Of a stretch of DNA of 28,489 nt, positions 15,263-22,766 are shown piece after piece. The notes beneath the pieces were generated by a model. It was not told where the DNA came from, ran no database searches, and worked only from the letters and a program-made list of their open reading frames with translations. The stretch comes from a virus. Lineage: Duplodnaviria; Caudoviricetes. Numbering within the stretch: position 1 is the stretch's first letter; each line of letters starts with the position of its first letter. Where the stretch lies: the IMG/VR virus record IMGVR_UViG_3300030376_003179, positions 1 through 28,489 of that record, one strand, 5' to 3'. The position numbers were made by a program, and so were the translations under genes.

Positions 15263-15846
15263 GCTGCTACCTCCATAAGAACAAGGTGACTAGCCCCCAT
15301 GAAATGGTCTGCGCTAGTTCCACCATGCCCATTTCTATTAACAATAAGAGTTCCAGAGCTGGATTCGCCGCCCACCTGGAGATTGTACGTCACTTGGCTA
15401 GTCGTACTTGGTGAGTCGAGAAAAGATTGTGCGCCTTGAACATTAGAAATAGTATTGGAACACATAAGATTCGATGCGCCTGAACGAGTTCTGCTGTCCA
15501 ACGCATCTCCAATCCCAACCGCCGTACTATCCCTTAAAATTCTTATACCCATCATAAAATTTGCAGAAGTGCAGGAGAGATTGCAGGTCCACGTAACTAA
15601 AATTTTGTTTGAGCTGGACGAAGGCGTAATCTGTGCCGAAAAAACAGTTGAAAAGTTACCCTGAGAACCAGACACAGAAAAAAGATCAGCTTTTGCAACG
15701 TGCACTACTTGCAAAATTGCCCCAGCGCCGCGCTTTGCGGCTGTGACCGCTCCGGCGGCAATCATGTCCGTGTCAACAATCCCGTCAGGCAGGCCGCCAA
15801 CCGATACGCCTGTGATTGTTCCGTCGCCGTCAATCGTGATTGGCAT
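15259..15846 (-). CDS. Short tail fibre protein, copy 1
   Basis: GAILQVV...ITPSSSSNKILV...LDSPSTTSQVTY..Q...LVLMEVAA; paralog of 14301..14951. Confidence 0.75.
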   Translation of the reverse strand: MPITIDGDGTITGVSVGGLPDGIVDTDMIAAGAVTAAKRGAGAILQVVHVAKADLFSVSGSQGNFSTVFSAQITPSSSSNKILVTWTCNLSCTSANFMMGIRILRDSTAVGIGDALDSRTRSGASNLMCSNTISNVQGAQSFLDSPSTTSQVTYNLQVGGESSSGTLIVNRNGHGGTSADHFMGASHLVLMEVAA

Positions 15847-15848
15847 GA

Positions 15849-16445
15849 TTAGCTGATTACTAAATGGCTGGATGAGGGAATAGTCACCGTGACCCCACTT
15901 GAAATTACCAACGGACCAACAGCATGGGCACCGCTGTTTGCACTGATGCTATATGAGGTCGTTACGGTCAGGCTATTTTCATAAAAAACACTGTCGCCGC
16001 CACCGCCAGTCGCTCCACCGCCAATCGCACCCCAAGCGCCGCCTGCGTAACCTTCAAAAGTGCTGGACGAACTGTTGTACCTAATGTCGCCATTAGCAAC
16101 CCCCGAGTAGTCATTACGCTGAGTCGTCGTGCCAACAGGCACCCGCAGGGCGGTTGTGCTGCTGATGATGACATTACCCGTGAACGTCGGGCTTGCTAGT
16201 GGAGCGAGCCCAAAGTTGGCCGATCCAATACCGCCAACAGTGCTGACGTTGATGTAGGCATCGTTGGCCGCATTCCTAATCTTGAGGGTGTTGTCGCCAG
16301 TATCGACGTACCACTGAAATGCGAACGTCGTGGCAGGGTCGCTTGAGCTGCTGTTATTTGACGCAACAGCAGACAGCGCATTGTTCAGGTCACTCCTGAA
16401 TGCCGCACCTGTGGCGTTCGCAAGATTGTAGTCGTGTGTTGCCAC
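15849..16445 (-). CDS. Proximal tail fibre / fibre adaptor protein
   Basis: HDY..AN..GA.FRSDLNNAL N-terminus, LKIRN, LRVPVGTT.QR, GDIRYN....FEGY....W motifs; follows J. Confidence 0.75.
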   Translation of the reverse strand: MATHDYNLANATGAAFRSDLNNALSAVASNNSSSSDPATTFAFQWYVDTGDNTLKIRNAANDAYINVSTVGGIGSANFGLAPLASPTFTGNVIISSTTALRVPVGTTTQRNDYSGVANGDIRYNSSSSTFEGYAGGAWGAIGGGATGGGGDSVFYENSLTVTTSYSISANSGAHAVGPLVISSGVTVTIPSSSHLVIS

Positions 16446-16472
16446 AACAAATCTGCTTGGTATCGCCTAATT

Positions 16473-19400
16473 CTACTGCCCCCGGCCATACCCGTTCGCT
16501 GAGTATGTGAAATTGCGATTGACGTTGTTGTCGCTTGCGTCCAGCACATCGATGTTGAACCCGGTGCTGCTGACGTTTGAAATGTTGAAGCGTTCGTTGG
16601 CCCCTAGGTTCTGCACGGTGATTCCAACGCTTGGCAGGTAAGCATTGACGCCCCCAAGGGCTGACGTACCAGTGAAAAACGGCTTTTCAAACGTCACTGA
16701 CTTAGTGCTAGTGCCGCTGGCGATTTCTGCGTCTGACGACTCTGTGCGTGACTTCAGCTCGATCTTGTATCCCAGCTCGTCAACAAGGATGTTTTCATCC
16801 ACCTTGTCGCTAGTCAGCTCTACCTTGAATTGGAAGCCACGGCCCTTAAACGTACCGCTGTTGAACGGTTTGAAATCGCCATAAGTCGGTGATCCGCTTG
16901 GATCGTCATTCGTGGTGCGTACATACAGCTCTGCGTTGACGTTGTTCACGTCATCCCCGTCAATGTCGTCCCAGTCGTCGATGTTTGCGGTGCGACCATC
17001 CATAAGGTCTCTTGGCAAGAACGCCCGCGTAACAAACCGACGCTCCAACTCAACAGCGTTCAGTGCCAGGCCCATGTCAATAGTGTCAAGGAAGGTGTAC
17101 GTGCCAAGCGGCTTAATGTCGCCAAGAAAGTCAATAACCTCAATGTCATCGATACTGCTCTCGTCATCTATCAGCTGAGAACCGTCAAGAGTTAGAGCGT
17201 CAAACTCATCGCTGTAGAAAGTATCCACATGCGTGCCTTGGAACGGCAGTGGTGTTTGTTGATCTTCCCGGTGGTTTTTGACAACTAAATCACCAAACGC
17301 ATCAGGCTGATCCACGATGACGCTGGCGTCAGCAGCACTAAGCCTGCCGCCGTCATCTGCAAATTTGACGATATACTCCCCTTCAAGTAGCGAAACATTC
17401 GCCTCGGTTGAGTTGCCTGCAATTGCAGTAATCAAGTCAACACTGTTACTGAAGGTTGCCGAACCATCAGTCTTACTGCTGTGGCGAATGTGAACCTTGC
17501 CCCCGACCTTTACATCAAGGTCAACAGCTTCGTCCCACTTTAACCGCGCAGAATTAGTTGATATTGCCTCAATCGTTAGATTTTGGACGTTGCCAGGCAC
17601 CGCTGTTTTGCCTGCAAGTTCAAACGTGTTTTTGACAATTGTGCTTTGTCGACCTATATAGTTGTAAGCAATAATTTGAACTTCTAAGGTGCCAGTCTTT
17701 AGCCCTTTGATTTGTGTTGACGCTGAAGAGGTGATGATTTCTTGAAAATTATTATCATCAAGACGGTATTTAACGCGGTATTCAGAAACTCTACTGCGGT
17801 CTCCTGTCCAACTTAAATCAACGCCAGTCCTTACAATTCCATCTTCCTCGTATAAAAACTCTGTGGCAGATACATTGGAAACAGGGTCCGGGGTTGATGA
17901 CAGATTGGTTATGTCGCGTTGCGTCAGGTTGAGGTCTTCTTCAACAGCGTCATAAATGGTTTCGTTATACCTAATTGCAGTTACGGAAAAAACACCGTCG
18001 TCACCCTCAGCAACTGAAACAACACGGAACTGCTGTGATTGAATATCAGTGGTTTGAATTAACCAATTCGCGTTCGCTGCTGGAGCTTGACTAAAACCGC
18101 CGGAAACGGTGATGACAGCAGCATCAATAGACTCAATTTCTTTTGTTTCTACAAGACCAGTTGGCAGGACTACAGAGAGTGTTGGTGACTGAGTAGTGTC
18201 TACAGATAGGTCAGTGGTGCTATCGATTGTTACTGCGGTTGTTGTCGCAGACTTCACACGCCCCACTCGCCGTGTACCACCTCGAACAGGATCAGCAACG
18301 TCAATGACCATCCCAGGGCGCACGACAATGCCCGACTCAATTCCGATCGAAAACGTGCAAGTCTCTGTAAGTTCTTGTTCGCTTAGAAGCGTCCATTTGC
18401 CCAACCTGTTCGCCTGGCCTTGCGAATAACAGCCGACAGCTCTTATGTCTTTATTGATGACACCGTATTTGCTAACTGCATCATCATCTTCAACGTACTC
18501 AAATGAAACCTCTCCTAGGTCGTCATAGTTTTGATAGGCGACAGTCGCGCACGTATGACGTGATTTTTGCGATGACCCTGAATAAGTGAACAGGCCATCA
18601 ACAACATTTGAAGGCCCAATAAGATACTGCGGGTCAGCTGGTTTGTCCTGCGAAAGCACAAGCGATCCAGCACCGTAATGAGAGATGCCCCGAAAGATGC
18701 TCGTCATTTCAGAGATGACATTGAACACTTCATCGCGGCTATTCAACAGCATGTTGCAGGCGAAGCGCACTTCTTGGCCGTTCCTGCCGTCTGAAACCAG
18801 CTCATTGCAATACTGCGATATTGAGAAAAAGTCGTAACGGTCCAGCGAAGACTCAGGCACGGAACACCCGTACCTTGTGTCCGTCAAAAGATCAAACAGG
18901 CACCACGCTGGATCGTTTGTCCAAGTTGCCGCTTGAAACTGGCCATCCCACACGCCGGAGTACGTGATCCTTCCAAGATGCGTTGTTGTGTCTACGGTTG
19001 CGTTGCTTGGGATGCGTACTTTGATCCCACGGATAAGGTATTTGCGTGCCGGGATGTTTGAGAACTGGCGCGAGTCAAAACGCAGGTGACACAACGCGCT
19101 GTTTGGGTAGCGCAGCTTTTCGTCAATGATTTCGGTAAAGCTTGACCAGAATGTGCGGCTCTGGTTTTTTGTCGTTTGGTTGTCACCAGTGACTCGTACT
19201 AATTTAATGTCAACAGGGAACGCTCCAGTGAGCGTAATAATGTGATCACGCAGATACTGGTCGCTACTTTTGCCGCTAATAGTTCTATCGCCGCCGACAG
19301 TGTTAAAGCCGCCGCCGTTATATTGAACCTGAATCCTGTAAGTAACCGAGTTACCTACAATATCGCCGTCATCTTCAATTTTTTGCAAAGAAGGAACTGA

Positions 19401-20231
19401 AATTGTAATTCTTACGCGATCAACGTCAGTGTCTGTAATTGTTCGCGTTACTGCTGTGCTGTTTAAGATCTCAACTCCTACATTTTTTTCACTTTGTGTG
19501 CCACCAACGGCAGTTATGTAAGACTGAGCCTGCGTGCCGTTTCGGGTGTCAACAGAAAAGCCGGTGAAATTATTTGAGCCGCCTGAAGACTCAACAGGCG
19601 TTCCATCCAGAAAAATACCTTTGTTGCCGTTCTCAATTCCGTCAATCTCTCCTTCGCTTAAAAGGTCAAGGACAGAAGCAAACTGAACTGATTGCAGGCT
19701 GTCGTCAGCTTCTGTTGGTGTGCGGCTGCTGCCGCCCCCACCGCCACCACCTTTTCCGCCACCGCCACCACCAGCACCGATGATTTTGCTGCCTAAGCCA
19801 GCGTTGTGAACACGAACACCGTTGGCGATGAAGGTATGGCGGCCTTCAACTGTCAAGTTGTAAACCGTATGGTTGCCCAGCTCGTCACGGCTAAGGATTG
19901 GCCGCAGCTGATTCAGCGAATCAACGACACAATCATCAGCCTCAAGCGTTCCAATCTCAACGAAAGCGTTGTACTGGTTCAGCACCCAGTGGTTAGGGGT
20001 CGCGTCTAGGGACTCACCGCCCCAAAGCGTGTATCTGACGACTCGTTCATTCTCATGCTTATGGACCTTCAGAACTTTGGCTGAATGGATCTCGCCCTTG
20101 TCGTCAAAGCTTAGAACGCTTGAGCCAACAACGATCTCATCAATGCGGATCTGTCCGCCAGGGACAGCAACAAGCGTCTCAGCCGTAAAGCAACCGCCAC
20201 CGCCGCCAGCACCAATAATTCGTTTAGTCAT
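16473..20231 (-). CDS. Tail tip / host-specificity protein (lambda gpJ-like) with N-terminal Hint domain
   Basis: LSEGEIDG, LRYPNSA, Y.G.WDG.F..A.WTNDPAWC..DLLT..RYG, GC.SQGQA.R.GKW.L, FnIII-like domains; follows M-L-K-I. Confidence 0.93.
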   Translation of the reverse strand: MTKRIIGAGGGGGCFTAETLVAVPGGQIRIDEIVVGSSVLSFDDKGEIHSAKVLKVHKHENERVVRYTLWGGESLDATPNHWVLNQYNAFVEIGTLEADDCVVDSLNQLRPILSRDELGNHTVYNLTVEGRHTFIANGVRVHNAGLGSKIIGAGGGGGGKGGGGGGGSSRTPTEADDSLQSVQFASVLDLLSEGEIDGIENGNKGIFLDGTPVESSGGSNNFTGFSVDTRNGTQAQSYITAVGGTQSEKNVGVEILNSTAVTRTITDTDVDRVRITISVPSLQKIEDDGDIVGNSVTYRIQVQYNGGGFNTVGGDRTISGKSSDQYLRDHIITLTGAFPVDIKLVRVTGDNQTTKNQSRTFWSSFTEIIDEKLRYPNSALCHLRFDSRQFSNIPARKYLIRGIKVRIPSNATVDTTTHLGRITYSGVWDGQFQAATWTNDPAWCLFDLLTDTRYGCSVPESSLDRYDFFSISQYCNELVSDGRNGQEVRFACNMLLNSRDEVFNVISEMTSIFRGISHYGAGSLVLSQDKPADPQYLIGPSNVVDGLFTYSGSSQKSRHTCATVAYQNYDDLGEVSFEYVEDDDAVSKYGVINKDIRAVGCYSQGQANRLGKWTLLSEQELTETCTFSIGIESGIVVRPGMVIDVADPVRGGTRRVGRVKSATTTAVTIDSTTDLSVDTTQSPTLSVVLPTGLVETKEIESIDAAVITVSGGFSQAPAANANWLIQTTDIQSQQFRVVSVAEGDDGVFSVTAIRYNETIYDAVEEDLNLTQRDITNLSSTPDPVSNVSATEFLYEEDGIVRTGVDLSWTGDRSRVSEYRVKYRLDDNNFQEIITSSASTQIKGLKTGTLEVQIIAYNYIGRQSTIVKNTFELAGKTAVPGNVQNLTIEAISTNSARLKWDEAVDLDVKVGGKVHIRHSSKTDGSATFSNSVDLITAIAGNSTEANVSLLEGEYIVKFADDGGRLSAADASVIVDQPDAFGDLVVKNHREDQQTPLPFQGTHVDTFYSDEFDALTLDGSQLIDDESSIDDIEVIDFLGDIKPLGTYTFLDTIDMGLALNAVELERRFVTRAFLPRDLMDGRTANIDDWDDIDGDDVNNVNAELYVRTTNDDPSGSPTYGDFKPFNSGTFKGRGFQFKVELTSDKVDENILVDELGYKIELKSRTESSDAEIASGTSTKSVTFEKPFFTGTSALGGVNAYLPSVGITVQNLGANERFNISNVSSTGFNIDVLDASDNNVNRNFTYSANGYGRGQ
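19803..20192 (-). other. Hint (intein-like) domain, 130 aa, no homing endonuclease; +1 residue is Ala
   Basis: Block A CFTAETLV (Cys14), block B ATPNHWV, block F VYNLTVEGRHTFIANG, block G VHN (Asn143), followed by A. Confidence 0.9.
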
Positions 20232-20835
20232 CAGTGTCTAAGCCAGACGAAAGGACAGCAGAGCCAACAAACAAACGCCCGTAAGCGATTGGGACGGGCA
20301 AGCCCTGTTTGCTGGTGTTGACCACCCCACTGAAGCTAAAAGACTCAAGCTTGGCAGCTTCCTTGCCGCGACTTAAAGAAGAAATCGCAGGTGCAGGCGA
20401 GATCATTTGCGCCACACCGCCAAGGACCAAACCGGCACCGATCGCACCAACTGACATGCTGATTGCGCCGAACTGAAGGCCAAACCCAATTGCGGTAGCG
20501 CCTGGAATGAAAATGCTGGCAGCAATCAAACCAACTCCAAGCAATATCTGTCCGGTGCCTCGCCCCGCTCCAGCCAGCACAGGCGCAATCCTGAACACCT
20601 CACGCTCGCTCCAAGGCAAGAACAGCCCGGTCACGTCATCGTTATGAATTACGTCTTGGCCAACGGTCACCCGGTAAGCCATGCCGTTCTTTTCTTGATC
20701 CAGCATCCATTTCTGTAAACCTGGAAAGTTTGCAAACAACGCCTTCAATGCCTGCTGCGGCGTATCAGCTACAAACTCAAACCGGCCTTGCCCTAGCTGC
20801 TCTCGCAATGCGCCGTAGACCTTAACGACTTTCAT
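20224..20835 (-). CDS. Tail assembly protein I (lambda gpI-like; ubiquitin-like N-domain)
   Basis: VKVYGAL...G, IAPVLAGAG, Gly-rich hydrophobic region, QGLPVPIAYGRLFVGS. Confidence 0.9.
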   Translation of the reverse strand: MKVVKVYGALREQLGQGRFEFVADTPQQALKALFANFPGLQKWMLDQEKNGMAYRVTVGQDVIHNDDVTGLFLPWSEREVFRIAPVLAGAGRGTGQILLGVGLIAASIFIPGATAIGFGLQFGAISMSVGAIGAGLVLGGVAQMISPAPAISSLSRGKEAAKLESFSFSGVVNTSKQGLPVPIAYGRLFVGSAVLSSGLDTDD

Positions 20836-21535
20836 GCCTTAGAGCGCAACTCACGTTTTTCAAATAATACCCGCCGAAAACGTCCCTGCTCGACAGCCTT
20901 CCTTGTATGTGGTGCAAAATTTGCTGATCTCCGATGTAGATCGCTGCATGGTTAGGGACGGGGGAAGACAACTGCATCAACAAGGCATCGCCCCGCTGCA
21001 GCTCTGACACTGGGATCCGGCGAAAGCCTTCCTTTTCAAAGTTGTCTAAGTACAGGTTTTGATCGTTCTCCCACCACTGATCACGCCGTTCATAGTTATG
21101 TAGATCCAGGCCCCACTCACGCTTGTACCAATCGCGGCAGAGTGAATAACAATCAACTAGGCCATGCACAAACTCTCGCCCCACATAAGGCAGCTCAAAC
21201 CCTTCTGGCTCGCAGTATCCCCACAGCTCTGTATTTGGGTTGACGACGTACCAAGGCAGCCCGCTGTTTTCGCACGCCACACGGTCAGCCGGTGATGGTG
21301 CGTGGTTTGTAACTGGGTGGCTATGAACAACGGCAATAATTTCACCACTGTCTTCCGTTTCCGCATACTCAGCAGAATCCAGCACAAAGTGCTCATCTGG
21401 CGTCTCCGCCAAGTTGGTGCACGGGAAATAACGACGCCTGCCTTTGACAACAGCGACCAAGCCGCATGACTCTTTGGGCGCTTCTTGTTTTGCGTGCTCT
21501 AGCGCAGCCTGTTTGATTGATGGCGAAAGCGTCAT
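20822..21535 (-). CDS. Tail assembly protein K (JAB/MPN + NlpC/P60)
   Basis: ESCG, VHSHP...PS.AD (JAMM motif); DCYSLCRD and NHAAIY.G (NlpC/P60). Confidence 0.93.
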   Translation of the reverse strand: MTLSPSIKQAALEHAKQEAPKESCGLVAVVKGRRRYFPCTNLAETPDEHFVLDSAEYAETEDSGEIIAVVHSHPVTNHAPSPADRVACENSGLPWYVVNPNTELWGYCEPEGFELPYVGREFVHGLVDCYSLCRDWYKREWGLDLHNYERRDQWWENDQNLYLDNFEKEGFRRIPVSELQRGDALLMQLSSPVPNHAAIYIGDQQILHHIQGRLSSRDVFGGYYLKNVSCALRHESR

Positions 21536-22425
21536 TGGGTCAAACCGGCGCCAGGGAACGATCCAAACGGCAGCTCAGCTGAAGCGCCGAACCGTGCCTT
21601 GCAACTGCTAAGACGCTTGCCACACCGATCATCTGCGCGAGCGGTCTGAGCGTTGTCATTGACATCAAAGAAGTCAGTGCCTGAATAACTGCACTCTGTG
21701 CTGCGGTACTCCCACTGACAGATGTTTGCGACGATTTGCCTTTTGGGAACAACCGTTCCAGCCATATCAAATTTGCTCGCCAACTCAAAGCTCACAGCAT
21801 CACGATTTTCAGATGCCTTGCGGTCGACATACCAAATCTCTTCTGGGAAACTTGCATAGGGGTCTGCAGCAGTCTCGCCATCCAAAAATTTTTTCAGCGT
21901 GCGGATACGCTTTACCTCTGCGCCTGTAAGGTCATTTCCTGGCGTAACTAGGTTTACATCCAAAAGCAGCGCCGTAATATCACTGTTCAGGTTGGCGACC
22001 GTTAAAGTCGGGCGCGGCAAGCTGCCAGTGCTGGTGTACTCAAACCCTTCTGCCTTTACAGGCAACCTGAAATAACTGTTGCCGTTCCAAAGGATATTGC
22101 CGTCAACATCTGCATTTGCCCCGCTGTGCCAACGCACGACTGTCGTTGCGCCGTGCAAGTCATTATCAAGATGCAGCTCAAACAGTTCGATGATTGCGCT
22201 TGGGGCAAGCTTTGCCAGCTCCTCATGAATTGAGCTAATCGCCGTCCATGTGACCGTGCTGTCAACAACAGTGCTGCCAATGTCTGTAGGCCACTCCGGC
22301 TCTGAACTGGCAGACGTTCCAGCGGTTGTGCAGCGAAAAACTAAGCCGCTTGGTTGCAACGCCGTGGCGCGTCGAACGTCTCCGATCGAAAAAGCAGTGC
22401 TAGCAGCCCATGCAGTGAATGCCAT
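21532..22425 (-). CDS. Minor tail protein L (lambda gpL-like) with N-terminal extension
   Basis: IELFEL, PRPTLTVAN, GA.V.RIRT..KFLD, C.W.YR..EC.Y and D.CGKRLSSC..RF (Fe-S Cys), PFGSFPG. Confidence 0.92.
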   Translation of the reverse strand: MAFTAWAASTAFSIGDVRRATALQPSGLVFRCTTAGTSASSEPEWPTDIGSTVVDSTVTWTAISSIHEELAKLAPSAIIELFELHLDNDLHGATTVVRWHSGANADVDGNILWNGNSYFRLPVKAEGFEYTSTGSLPRPTLTVANLNSDITALLLDVNLVTPGNDLTGAEVKRIRTLKKFLDGETAADPYASFPEEIWYVDRKASENRDAVSFELASKFDMAGTVVPKRQIVANICQWEYRSTECSYSGTDFFDVNDNAQTARADDRCGKRLSSCKARFGASAELPFGSFPGAGLTQ

Positions 22426-22766
22426 TACGGTTCAAAGACCTGCCTAAATGTTGCCTGAATCGTAGCCCGATCTAAAAAATTGATTGTTTTGCTCCATTCC
22501 TCACAGACAAATTTAGAGCTAGCGGCCTCCCCTGGTGGCGTGAAATCAAACGCTTCATTATCTGCAGCCCTAGCGTCTAAAAACGTCTCGATGGTGTCTG
22601 AGTCAGTCTCTGAGACATTAAAAGTTAGGCTGAAAATTTTAGGGTTTTGGTTAAGGCCAAACGTCAGCCTCTGTTCGTAACCATCACCGAAACGCACAGT
22701 GCGCACTGATGGTGCGCTTGATTTCTGCATCCCGTAAACAGGATTGAAGTCAGGAAAAGTAGCCAT
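22425..22766 (-). CDS. Minor tail protein M (distal tail)
   Basis: VRFGDGYEQR...GLN, FL......AF.FTPP, C..W, ATF.QVFEP. Confidence 0.92.
   Translation of the reverse strand: MATFPDFNPVYGMQKSSAPSVRTVRFGDGYEQRLTFGLNQNPKIFSLTFNVSETDSDTIETFLDARAADNEAFDFTPPGEAASSKFVCEEWSKTINFLDRATIQATFRQVFEP

Noticed and set aside
12676-15846. Diversity-generating retroelement acting on the fibre paralogs
   Set aside because: No reverse transcriptase and no near-identical TR/VR pair differing only at adenines.
19731-19775. ccgcca short tandem repeat
   Set aside because: It simply encodes the poly-Gly tract of J; not an independent repeat element.
19803-20192. Standard mobile (homing) intein
   Set aside because: Only 130 aa with no endonuclease, and the +1 residue is Ala.
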